In this document: in pieces, positions 42,101 to 51,500 of the stretch | How the letters are laid out: every line of letters starts with the position of its first letter | Numbering within the stretch: the first letter of the stretch is position 1 | Assembly (NCBI GenBank): GCA_964106645.2 | Contig: OZ067041.1 | DNA length: 64,000 bases | Strand: one strand, 5' to 3' | From: Podarcis pityusensis | Taxonomy: Eukaryota | Position numbers and translations under genes: made by a program | Notes under the pieces: model-generated | Databases searched by the model: none | What the model was told of the DNA's origin: nothing | The model's input: only the letters and a program-made list of their open reading frames with translations

Positions 42101-42558
42101 AATCCAGGTCTCCTTGGCCCAAGACCAACATTTTGCACCACTCTTGGGTTTTTTGCTGCATGGAGGGCGTGTCTTTGCTGCATTTGGAGACTCCTAATGG
42201 TCCAGTTGTGGTTGAGTGGGCAAACTGCACCTTATCAACATGTTGATTTATATTTTCCACCCAAGCTGGCTACGCTATTTCCAATAGGTTAGAATAAAGC
42301 AAACTTGCTTAACGTTGAAGTTCTTTGATTACTGTTGCACCTGGTTGTAATTGCCTATTTACAAAAGTTTGAGTTGTGGCGTGCCTTGTGACAAAAATTG
42401 AAATGCATTTGATTAAGTTTATCACTTGCCATAACCCAGCTTGTTTTTTCTCCAGCTAACTTGTGTTTCTTTCCCTTGTTCTAGGTGAATGTACAATCTT
42501 TGCAGCTGTTCGTGATTTAATGGCTAACCTTACACTGCCCCCTGGTGGGCGTCCATAG
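8513..42558 (+). CDS. MED14: Mediator subunit 14, whole gene span ATG to TAG; 31 coding exons, 4323 nt, 1440 aa
   Basis: Exons join in frame with GT-AG boundaries from [13 protein letters not shown] to [11 protein letters not shown]; peptides such as [38 protein letters not shown] and [25 protein letters not shown] match vertebrate MED14. Confidence 0.97.
9612..9680 (-). mobile_element. CR1-type 3' end fragment
   Basis: CATAGAATTGTAGAGTTGGAAGGGACCCCAAGGGTCTTCTAGTCCAAC. Confidence 0.7.
10682..10708 (+). CDS. MED14: MED14 exon 2 (27-nt microexon)
   Basis: Long pyrimidine tract, cag|...|gtgagt; encodes (L)LPRKTDME(R); phases fit exons 1 and 3. Confidence 0.93.
13456..13561 (+). CDS. MED14: MED14 exon 3
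   Basis: [35 protein letters not shown]; cag|...|gtaagt. Confidence 0.96.
14613..14854. mobile_element. pogo/Tigger-like MITE, TA TSD
   Basis: ta|CAGTGGTACCT...AGGTACCACTG|ta; CpG-rich interior. Confidence 0.85.
15314..15487 (+). CDS. MED14: MED14 exon 4
   Basis: [34 protein letters not shown]...PTCIR; cag|...|gtaaat. Confidence 0.96.
15823..15857. repeat. (TTTG)n microsatellite
   Basis: Directly visible. Confidence 0.9.
16369..16498 (+). CDS. MED14: MED14 exon 5
   Basis: [43 protein letters not shown]; cag|...|gtaagc. Confidence 0.96.
16534..16635 (-). mobile_element. CR1-type 3' end fragment
   Basis: TCATAGAATCATAGAATTTTAGAGTTGGAAGGGACCCAAGGGTCATCTAGTCCAACC, with the CR1 octamer tail. 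Confidence 0.72.
16850..16978 (+). CDS. MED14: MED14 exon 6
   Basis: [42 protein letters not shown]; tag|...|gtaatg. Confidence 0.96.
17317..17424 (+). CDS. MED14: MED14 exon 7
   Basis: [35 protein letters not shown]; followed by U12-type donor gtatccttt. Confidence 0.95.
17425..19674 (+). other. MED14: U12-type (minor spliceosome) GT-AG intron, MED14 intron 7
   Basis: 5' site GTATCCTTT equals U12 consensus; branch-like TTTACTTAAC at 19652-19661 close to the AG, without a long pyrimidine tract. Confidence 0.88.
18690..19046 (-). mobile_element. Sauria SINE
   Basis: Minus strand has a tRNA-like head with A/B boxes (TGGCACTGTGG, GTTCGAATT) and an (ACCTTT)n tail; homologous to 47637-47966. 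Confidence 0.88.
19675..19807 (+). CDS. MED14: MED14 exon 8
   Basis: [43 protein letters not shown]; tag|...|gtaagt. Confidence 0.95.
20794..20944 (+). CDS. MED14: MED14 exon 9
   Basis: [50 protein letters not shown]; aag|...|gtaaat. Confidence 0.92.
21736..21898. repeat. Long imperfect palindrome in MED14 intron 9
   Basis: TGGATTTAAGAAGAACTTT (21787-21805) pairs perfectly with 21825-21843; imperfect pairing extends outward. Confidence 0.85.
21985..22096 (+). CDS. MED14: MED14 exon 10
   Basis: [37 protein letters not shown]; tag|...|gtaagt. Confidence 0.95.
23163..23288 (+). CDS. MED14: MED14 exon 11
   Basis: [41 protein letters not shown]; tag|...|gtatgt. Confidence 0.94.
24115..24193 (+). 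CDS. MED14: MED14 exon 12
   Basis: [25 protein letters not shown]; cag|...|gtgagt. Confidence 0.95.
24613..24737 (-). mobile_element. LINE (L2/CR1 group) 3' end fragment
   Basis: Reverse-complement homologue of 33437-33585, with TAA/TTA-type simple-repeat tail. Confidence 0.65.
24790..25470 (+). mobile_element. Decayed CR1 LINE fragment (RT region and 3' end)
   Basis: Remnants reading [31 protein letters not shown], typical of CR1 ORF2; many disablements. Confidence 0.7.
26329..26488 (+). CDS. MED14: MED14 exon 13
   Basis: [17 protein letters not shown]...[14 protein letters not shown]; aag|...|gtaagt. Confidence 0.95.
27517..27711 (+). CDS. MED14: MED14 exon 14
   Basis: [23 protein letters not shown]...GGTKRK; tag|...|gtatgg. 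Confidence 0.94.
29243..29377 (+). CDS. MED14: MED14 exon 15
   Basis: [45 protein letters not shown]; tag|...|gtaagt. Confidence 0.95.
30365..30441 (+). CDS. MED14: MED14 exon 16
   Basis: [25 protein letters not shown]; cag|...|gtaaag. Confidence 0.94.
31068..31231 (+). CDS. MED14: MED14 exon 17
   Basis: [54 protein letters not shown]; cag|...|gttagt. Confidence 0.95.
31343..31489 (+). CDS. MED14: MED14 exon 18
   Basis: [48 protein letters not shown]; tag|...|gtacat. Confidence 0.95.
31601..31692 (+). CDS. MED14: MED14 exon 19
   Basis: [30 protein letters not shown]; aag|...|gtaagt. Confidence 0.94.
32079..32231 (+). CDS. MED14: MED14 exon 20
   Basis: [51 protein letters not shown]; tag|...|gtaact. 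Confidence 0.95.
32616..32885 (+). CDS. MED14: MED14 exon 21
   Basis: [26 protein letters not shown]...[10 protein letters not shown]; cag|...|gtcttt. Confidence 0.95.
33437..33585 (+). mobile_element. LINE (L2/CR1 group) 3' end fragment
   Basis: GCTGCCCAGAATGGCTGGGGAAACCCAGCCAGATGG...TATAAATAATA; homologous to 24613-24737. Confidence 0.65.
33758..33892 (+). CDS. MED14: MED14 exon 22
   Basis: [45 protein letters not shown]; cag|...|gttgta. Confidence 0.92.
34612..34720 (+). CDS. MED14: MED14 exon 23
   Basis: [36 protein letters not shown]; cag|...|gtaaga; an in-frame AG lies 15 nt upstream, so the 5' edge is slightly uncertain. Confidence 0.88.
34939..35070 (+). CDS. MED14: MED14 exon 24
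   Basis: [43 protein letters not shown]; tag|...|gtaagc. Confidence 0.94.
35584..35766 (+). CDS. MED14: MED14 exon 25
   Basis: [31 protein letters not shown]...HSPRAGT; tag|...|gtaagt. Confidence 0.95.
35891..36030 (+). mobile_element. SINE: tRNA-Lys(CTT)-derived head with CR1-type tail
   Basis: TAGCTTAATTGGTAGAGCATGAGACACTTAATCTCAGGGTTGTAGGTTTGAGC resembles tRNA-Lys; tail GGACTAGA...CCTTCCAACT...GATTCTATGA. Confidence 0.78.
36353..36588 (+). CDS. MED14: MED14 exon 26
   Basis: [29 protein letters not shown]...[12 protein letters not shown]; tag|...|gtacgt. Confidence 0.95.
37697..37876 (+). CDS. MED14: MED14 exon 27
   Basis: [25 protein letters not shown]...[11 protein letters not shown]; cag|...|gtatgt. 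Confidence 0.95.
38322..38429 (+). CDS. MED14: MED14 exon 28
   Basis: [36 protein letters not shown]; tag|...|gtaagt. Confidence 0.95.
38531..38656 (+). CDS. MED14: MED14 exon 29
   Basis: [42 protein letters not shown]; cag|...|gtaagt. Confidence 0.96.
38851..39255 (+). mobile_element. Probable RTE-related non-autonomous retroelement containing an (AC)n tract
   Basis: GGAGAAGAAAAACTCTATTCCTAAACCTCTGCTGCC resembles RTE-clade 5' UTR motifs from memory; GC-richer than its flanks. Confidence 0.45.
39135..39168. repeat. (AC)n microsatellite
   Basis: Directly visible. Confidence 0.9.
40059..40248 (+). CDS. MED14: MED14 exon 30
   Basis: [38 protein letters not shown]...FAELNSPRP; cag|...|gtactg. 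Confidence 0.95.
42485..42558 (+). CDS. MED14: MED14 exon 31 (last, coding part)
   Basis: [23 protein letters not shown]; pyrimidine tract and tag acceptor. Confidence 0.96.
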
Positions 42559-43040
42559 GCTATTTTTAAGCAAAGGGTAAAAATGAGATGAAGAGGCAAA
42601 AACATTTCTCTGAAATAAGCCTTCACTTATATAAAATGGAAGAGACATTTTCACGTGTCACATTTTAAAAAGAGCTAATACAATGGATTGGCCCACTTTC
42701 AGGGATGCACTTTCATCAGACTTTTTGTACAGCACTCTGTATGATGTTTTACGGAGACATTTCAAAGTCGTAATAGATTTATGTATCCGCTTGCCAGTAA
42801 ATAGAGTTAATATTCTGTTTTATACTACAAAGATTATGAAAATGCCAAAATTTGTTTATTTAAATGTTTTTTCTTATGTCTTGGTGTAATAGTCTTTTTT
42901 TAAAGGCAGGTCTGTCATTTTTTGAATACTGTAAAACTGTGACAAACTTTATATTGAAACTGTATTTTAATATGACTGCTTTGAATCCTTACATTTAAAT
43001 CTGGGCTTGTTGTAAACATGTCCCCCCAAAAGCAATATTT

Positions 43041-43046
43041 AATAAA
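43041..43046 (+). terminator. MED14 polyadenylation signal AATAAA
   Basis: AATAAA about 480 nt after the stop, followed by GT/T-rich tgtttctgtgtttg. Confidence 0.7.
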
Positions 43047-44499
43047 CTAGATTTAAAAAAATGTTTCTGTGTTTGCTTTAAAAATGTTTCATTTTTATAT
43101 GTGAAAAAAATAATGCCAGATTGCTTGCTTATGGGGCTGTTTCTGGGTAGTTCGTCACTGCCTTAAAAGCTCAACATACTCAGTGCACCAAATTTAGAAG
43201 TAGGAAATTGCCAGTTCCTTTTCAAGTACAGTGGTTTATTATCTCTAAAAGTTGGATTGAGCAAGCAGTAAGTGGTATGATTTTGCAGATCTTCATACCT
43301 GATTTAAGGCAAGTTCCTGAAGCACCCTGAAACAAGTTCAGTAGGCCTTTTGAGAGCAAGGGCGGCATTCTGTGCTGCACAGCAATTGACTTTGAAACTC
43401 AGGGATGCAGCAGAAGCAGTTTTTAATGGAGGGACTTACTTTCATGCATATGGAGAGGGAAAATGGGAAAGACTCAGTAAGTGTACCCAACTAAAGCAGT
43501 AGCTAAGGTTGTTCTCTGAATTCTGACTATTCTTCACATTGAAAGTGTTGCATGGAAGCAGCTTGAAACAGCCTCTGGGGAAAATCTCCCACTTGGCAGT
43601 TGTACCTTGTAGAGTAGCTTGCCACATGGAATGGCAACATTACATAGTCTTCCCCTGTTCACCAGTAGCTGCCACAGAGACAACTGGTGCTAGCATGGTG
43701 ATTCCACATGACAATCCCAAGTGGTAAGTTAATGCATGTTAAAAGATTCCCATGTGGTGCAGCTAGTAAGTGGGGGAAATTTGACAGCTTCCATATCAGT
43801 AAATATAGATGATCTAGGACACAAAACACTAGGACACTGAAGGAAACATGACAACTTTTATAAAGCGTGTATATGGAAGCTAAAGAAAATTGAACCTTGT
43901 TCAATATCAGTAATAACTGTATTTGGAGGTTACATTATAGCCATTAATAGGCAAAATATAGGTTAGCTCTGATTAAGATAATGCCCATCACCACATCTTG
44001 TGGCAGTGAATTCCATGAGTTAATTAGTACTTCCATTTATGCGGTTGGCCAGTCAATTCTGAGGGTAACTCATAAGTTATAATTCTTCCATTACATTTAT
44101 CCGAACCAGGAATACTTTATCAACTTTAATCTTGCTGCCATTTTGGGTTTGTCTTTTTTTCAATTGCCAATAGAAGCTTCCTCAGGAAGTTGGCGGTTTC
44201 TGGTATGTAACAGAATACTAGTGGCAAATGGTCTGACAAATACCTAAGAACATATCCTGAGAATATAGATCATATATTGAAATATATATATATAGGGTGC
44301 CATGGACTTTTCTGAGGAATCAAGAACTGTTTTAGGTCGAATTACCACTAAAAAAAGTAATACCACTGTTTGCTTTTCTGAATTTCATTTCCCACGGACC
44401 TCGCCTTTTACATTTCTCTCAAATTTCACACAACTGGCGGCGTGGACTGTACTCCACAAAATCTTATGCCATAATAAATTTGCTAGCCTTTAAGGTGAC

Positions 44500-44522
44500 T
44501 ATATATATATATATATATATAT
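44500..44522. repeat. (TA)n microsatellite
   Basis: Directly visible. Confidence 0.9.
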
Positions 44523-44749
44523 TGCAAAGGACTAAAAAGGCTACCATCTGGAAATTAACATAAGTGTACACTATTTTATTTATGAAGCTAACACTGCTGA
44601 GAAAAATATGTGTGCCCTTGGGTAGGGAGGGGTCAAGATTTTTCCTCGTTTTAAATAGTCAAAGTGTGGTTTCAAGGAAATCGATACCTACCTCTTGCAC
44701 CGTTGCTTAGGAAAGGGTCTGCAAGTGTGAACCTATAGCTGACAGGATG

Positions 44750-45530
44750 ACCTCGGGATGAGCGGCAGCTCCTGCCTGCGCTCCCCTGAGGCAACGAGCG
44801 ACAGAGGCCGGCCGGCTCCGCCGCCTCTAGCCCGGCCCCCTGGAGGCTGGCGCGCAAGGCGGCAGAGTCGGGCATGCCATGGCGCTGGCGGAACTGGCCT
44901 CTCGCCTCAACTGCGCCGAGTACAAGAACTGGGTGAAGGCCGGGCACAGCCTGCTGCTCTTGCGGGCCGCCCTGCAGCGCTTTGCCGGGGAGCAAGTGCA
45001 GGCCTTTCACCGCCAGCTCGTCGCGCGCTCCTCCGCGCGCCTCAGCCCGTCGGGCCTCCGCTGCCGCGGGCGCTGCACCCCTCGAGGCAAGCAGGTGAGG
45101 CTCCGCCCTGGGAAGCGGAGGTCGGAGGGGGCTCCTGCCTCGCTTGGCCTGGTCGCCCCTCTTCCGCCAAAAGCGCGTTCGAGAAACAAACACTCGCGCG
45201 TCGTTCACCCGACCCTTTCCGAAGTGCACGTGGCGCGCCCCAGAGGTCCCTTCAATGCCGGGGGGGGGGGGGACTACTTTTGCTCAATCAAAGAGGAGGG
45301 AACGATTTTGAACAGGAAAACAGGAGAAGGGGTCGCGCATCCCTCTTTTCTCGCGCGGAAAGATACGCGCCGCGCTCGTGGCAAGTTTCGGCCAGAACAA
45401 AGAACTCCGGCTTGTCTCGGATCTCGAGCGCTTTCTGTAAAACTGTTTCTTTCGAACAGTGCCCCCTTCTGCAAGCCGAGAGATTCCCTGCTTTATAATA
45501 CAGTACTGTACAGCATACTGCGCGTTTTCC
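44750..45530. promoter_or_regulatory. CpG-island promoter of CXorf38 orthologue
   Basis: Dense CpG stretch spanning exon 1 and the start of intron 1. Confidence 0.8.
44879..45094 (+). CDS. CXorf38: CXorf38 exon 1
   Basis: gccATGg; [22 protein letters not shown]...[11 protein letters not shown]; donor CAG|gtgagg. Confidence 0.94.
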
Positions 45531-48500
45531 TATCTTTTTGATGTATTATAATTTCATTTGTTTATATATAAGCTCAGGGGCAGCGCAACACGGCCAGTTC
45601 TCTCGCTTCTTTATTTTAATGTGGTTGCAGAACTTCTGTTATTTCATTGTGAAATACTGAAATATTTTCTTCTATTATAGTGAAGCAATAGCTGCAGTGA
45701 TGGCACCTGGCATCCTTGAGAAATTTGAAATGTTCAAGATGGTTGCCAAATTAGTTTTGATGTGAAGGAAGAAATCCCAAGAAATGCCATTAATTCTTAG
45801 ATTTTAAAAAAACATTAGGGATGCTAGTTACAAACATGAAGGATGCTGAGCAGTTTTATTTTTAGAGTGCCACTATGATGCACCTACAATCGTTAATAAA
45901 AATGCACAGTTGTTTCATGGTGCCAGTTTCACTTTTGCTTTGCAGCAGAGGGGAGGTGGGCAGAGGGTTGCTTTTCTGTTCCAGATTATGTAATCTCTCA
46001 TTGGATTTTCTCATTTGGGGTTTAAAATGTGTATTTGATGCCATTAGTAGCATGATGGCAGCCAAGCTTTGGAATGGTACATCAAACTAAATTCCACATC
46101 AAACTAGACATCCAGGTTTTAGCTTTTGGCACGCCATATATTTTGGGGCAAAATGTGCACCTTCAGTCGCAATCCTAAACATCATAGCTGATCGGGGAAT
46201 ATTATGTGTAGAACTGCTAATTACAGACCCCAAATGAAATCCTTACAAGGAACAATCTTAGAGGTTTTGAAGGCTTACAATGATGTTGCGTGCAGGCAAG
46301 ATAAGTGAGAATGATTAGAGAAGTCAGTGTGCAGCAGCTGATACAACATATTGCACTGATCGCATACATAGCAGTGAACTTTGTTCTGCAATCAAGGCTT
46401 CAAAGAGAAACAGTTTCACTAATGGAAGCAGGCCAGGATTTTCAAAACATCGTAATGAAGAGACCCTGCCCTCTCAGAGTACTTGCACAGAATTATTTGA
46501 ATCAGAACTTCTTACTTTAACATCTATGGATAGTTAATTTCATGTTTTGAAAAACTGCTGCTGGTGTGCTTTACTTAGCACCAGATTAAGATAATGACCA
46601 GGTACCACTATGAAGGTTGCAAAGAAAATTGCATAGAAGCCAAAGGTATGGAGTCCTGCCAAGAATGAAGCCCAACTGACGCTTTATAAAGATGTAGTTG
46701 AAGACAGCGTGACTCGCTGCTTTGAAATATTTCGGGAAATGATTATGCTTGTCACCAGAAAATGATTATTTCAAAGCACTGCAACAAAAGGGAGTCTCTA
46801 ATCCTGCCTGTTTTATTTATTTTTTATGTTGATTCCTACATACTTTCACTGCTCTTACCCTGTAAATGACGTGTGTGGAGTGCTTGTTTTCCTATATCTT
46901 TGAGACTTGAGTGGGAAGAGAATTTTGGAGGCGGGTCTTCCACTAAGAGACACACAAGTCGCCCAGATCTCAAAATATACTTGGTGGGCGGCATTTTCCA
47001 ATTCTTTTGCGAAGCTGCCAAACTAATTTGGCAGCCATCTCAATGATTTCAAATTGCTCAAGGGTGCCAGGATGTCACCACTCAAATTATTATTTCACAA
47101 AATGTTATAGCACAAAAATTATATTTAAAAAATGGGCAGGCAGCAGTTCACAGTTAAATAACTGAAGTTCCGAAACTGGACTATATAATCTTATGCTGTG
47201 CATCATCATGGCAGTTTGTTTGACAGTTTGTGTAAAATTTGTCAGTGATGCCAAAATGGCACCATTCGTATTTGAATTATAAAGAAAGCATCAGAAATGT
47301 TCTGGATAGATGGAAGTTTGTGGCTTTTTGCTTTGCTGCATGACTAACATGACTGGAAGAATTCAATCTGCACAACTTTTACCGTCACAGAATCTCCATG
47401 CTGGTGAAGGCTTCCCCTTTTTGAATTTTGGGGAATTTTCTGGCATGGGTTGAAATCGCTGGAACTACATAGGAACAGCCACTTTATGCAAATGCCTTGC
47501 CTCATGGAGCTGTCTCTGTGTATGTGGGCTTCATGTACCCACACATGGAGCTGCTTGCAGGCATGACTCAGCCACAATCAGAGCCATAGCTAGGTGATTT
47601 TGCGCCCCTGGAAGAACTGTCCAGATTGTGTCCCCTAAGGTAAAGGTAAAAGGACCCCTGACCATTAGGTCCAGTCGTGGCCAACTCTGGGGTTCTGGCG
47701 CTCATCTCGCTTTATTGGCTGGTCATGTGGCCAGAATGACTAAGCCGCTTCTGGCAAACCAGAGCAGCGCACAGAAACGCCGTGTACCTTCCCGCCGGAG
47801 TGGTACCTATTTATCTACTTGCACTGGCGTGCTTTCGAACTGCTAGGTTGGCAGGAGCAGGGACCGAGCAACGGGAGCTCACCCTGTCACGGGGATTCGA
47901 ACCACTGACCTTCTGATTGGCAAGTCCTAGGCTCTGTGGTTTAACCCACAGCGCCACCTATGTCCCCTAGCTCTTCTTTCTGCCCCTCCTCCAACCCCAA
48001 CCCCTTCCACCCTTTCAATTCACCATCTATTTAAAACCATTTCTTATGAGGCAATACACTAATCAATATTTATATTTATGGACATATTTTTAGCCGATTT
48101 TGTGCACCCCTCACCGCCTATGCCCCTGGCGAGGGCCCACCTCACCACACCCTAGCTACAGTCCTGGCCACAATAACAGCAGCAGAGGGTGCAGCCCAAC
48201 TTCTGTGATGCTTCAGATATCTTGCCTCACAGGAAAAAAGTTACGGGATATAAAATGATTCATTGACCACTCTTGTGGTACTTTTTGGAGCAGCTTGTGA
48301 TACTTAGGCCTGACTCTGCAGTACAGGACCATACTGAACAAAACATTTATTGACAACAAGGCTGACAATCCCAGGTTCTCATCATGTTTCAATCATGAGT
48401 AAAATTCACGGAATTGCTTCCTTGTGGGTTGGGAAGAAGTGGAATTGCCCAGAGGTCAATTTGGGTTTTGAAAATGAAGGATTCAGTGAGAATGTGTGAT

Positions 48501-51500
48501 GTTCTGGGAAACTGGGAAGCTTGCCTCTGCCACCTCTTCCCACACAGCCTCAAGGACACATGAAATATCAAACATTCCACACATCGCTCTGATTACAAAC
48601 AGTACTCTCCATGCTCAAGGAAAGAGCAGTGGGCCTAGATAGGAATAGATTGATTTTTAAAAAACAAACAAACGGGCAGGGTTAATGGCTCCATTTTGTT
48701 GCTGTGCTCTGAAACAATAATTTATCTCCCTACTTTCCCCAAATTGCAATATGTTCTCTGGATGAGCATTCGGTGCATGGCAGTATTCTTAAGTGTTTAT
48801 GAGTAAGAGCTGCCCCTTGCTCTTCTCAGCCGCAATGCTATGTAACCAGCAGAATTTCAAGGAACCTTTCACTCTGCATTCAGAGTATGTGATTTACCAG
48901 AGAGACAGAAAAGAGAGATAATAGTTAGAAGAAAGAAGGGGTGGTGGAAGATACATGTTTTTGGCCAGACATTGAAAAGGAAACCTTAAGAACACTGTGG
49001 TACATGTTTTCAGTTCTGACCCTCTATGGGTACTTTGGCATTATAATGCTGGGCTTCATCTCATATCTGTCAGAAATTCAATAGGTGCAACTTTCTGTGA
49101 TACTTTATCTCCATGATCAAAGGAAGCTGTACCTGTTAAATTTCTGCATGCCTCAGCCTTTAAAGACACAGGAGCCAGCACACACACCCCCCCCCCCCAA
49201 TATTTTTAGCCCAATGTATTTTAATTTTATTTATTTAATAGATTTAAGCTTCCTTTCAGGGTATTTTCCCTTACAAGACAGTTCATAACATGGCAAATAA
49301 TAGTATACAGTGGTACCTCGGGTTAAGTACTTAATTCGTTCCGGAGGTCCGTTCTTAACCTGAAACTGTTCTTAACCTGAAGCACCACTTTAGCTAATGG
49401 GGCCTCCCGCAGCCGCTGTGCTGCCGGAGCACGATTTCTGTTCTCATCCTGAAGCAAAGTTTTTAACCTGAGGCACTATTTCTGGGTTAGCGGAGTCTGT
49501 AACCTGAAGCGTATGTAACCCGAGGTACCACTGTACTTAGATTACACCTTATTAAAATAACTTGCTTTCTACTTGTTTTGATAGAGAGGACATTATATTT
49601 GCAACACAATGGAATCTTAAGTTATGCTCTGATTTCCTTTAAGAAGCCGGTGATGCCATTCTACCCAACCCATCTCCACATGTTAAGTTTATGCTTGACA
49701 TGTGGCATTTAAAAACACACGAGTCCTGCTTGCAAAGAGCACTCTGAATTCTGCTGTGGTGGCTGCGGCATTTTTTGTGCAGCTTCTTTTGCGTTTTGAA
49801 AGGATAAAGCTCACAATCGTTTCAAAGCATTCAAAGCAAACTTTCTATTTGCATTTCTCCCCCTCCCTTAATTCCAGAGTATTTGCGGCTTTTCTTAGCA
49901 TGCACATGCAGGAATCTCTCAAAGGGTCTTAGAAACCGGAAGCCCACTAGAGAGACACTACGACTATGTAAACCCGTATAACCTCAGCATCTCTGCCTCT
50001 TTCCTGCCAACAGTAAGCAGTCCCATCCCTAACTCCTTTTAATCCCTTTTTATTTACTGAATTGTAATTTGTTGACTTTGGGGACTGGACATTGTTTGAT
50101 TTCTTGGACAATCCAAATTGAGTCCCACCCCCTTGGATAAAAAAATTTGAAACCAATGATTTAAATTACAGTACTTGTATTGGTGTTCATTTTGCTTTGT
50201 AGTTTCAGCCTGCGTGCTCCTTGTGTAAAGAATGGAAAAAAGAGATTTTGAATCATCACACGCACAAGAATGGGGAAGTCCACTGGGGAAACTGCAGGCC
50301 TTGGCTCTGGCCATCTAATGCATGGGAGTTGGCAAAGGTAATGCCTGGAAGTTCTGTTATGTAAACAGAGGCATAGGAAGGTCAGGTGGTACCCGGTGCA
50401 GAAAATTTCTTGTCACCCCCCCATTGATTTTTTATTTTTTTTGCCTGCAAAAATGGTTTTATGTTATTTCATATTTTCTTACAAAGGAATAATAATAAAT
50501 AACAATAATAAACTTTTATTTATATTCTGTCCTCCCTGGCTGAAGTCAGGCTCAGGGCGGCTAACATCAGATATATAACATTGGTATAAAATTAAACAAT
50601 AATTAAATTACCTCATAAAAACATGTCAGAATCAAATTAAAGTCTAATTAGATGGCTTTCTGCAGGGTTAGGGTTGGGAACAGTAAGTGCTCCACTGAAT
50701 TGAAATTTCAGCCTTCACAACATAGGAAAACGGCCAAGTAAACAGCTATTTTTGTGGAGGAGGGTCAAGATATTAACTGATATGCATGAAATTTCATATA
50801 TAGCTACATAATCCCTAGTGTAGTAAGATAAGACCTTTGGAGCAGGATGTTTTTTTATGAACCTCCCTAGTAGGGCAGTAATTGTTCCTTGATAATTTGT
50901 CACCCCCCTCTACGATGGAACCTGGGGTGACCCACCCACCCCCTACACCCCTGTATGTAAAATGGATGTTCTGCTCCAGCTTTTGCAGCATGCAGCAGGG
51001 TAGGATATAAATCGGGGATAGAGAAGCTGTGGCACTTCAGGTATTGTTGGACTACGAGTTCCCATAGGCTGCAGACAGCGTGGCGAGTGGTCAGGGTGAT
51101 GGGAGTTGTCCAGCAATATCTGCAAGGCCCTGTGTATGATATGGCTAGTTTTGAAACTGCTTCAGGAGCAAGAAGCAGCTCGTGCTGCTCTGAATTCTAG
51201 GCAACCAATTGCTACCCTCTTTTGTTACTGCCACCTTTTGTCTTCTATGAGTTTATTCAGGTTTCTATTCCTTCTTTATTTCTGGATTTGAACAGTCTGA
51301 GAATTCGCCAAAGCAGCATTTGTAAGTTTGTATTCAGTTAGTAAGACCAAACAAACTCATAATAGCATTTTATCATATAGAAGTTGCATCTCTCTTTCTC
51401 AGCAGAAGTTATGTGATTTTGACAAAAGCACAGCAGGCAGATATTCAACACATGAAGCTGTGGACTGTGGTTGGCAAACAAATCTGTTTAATTTTATGTC

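Noticed and set aside
44672-45541. Long overlapping ORFs of 185, 246 and 220 aa
   Set aside because: CpG-island stop-codon depletion; only 44879-45094 is coding and the rest of the 220-aa ORF runs into intron 1
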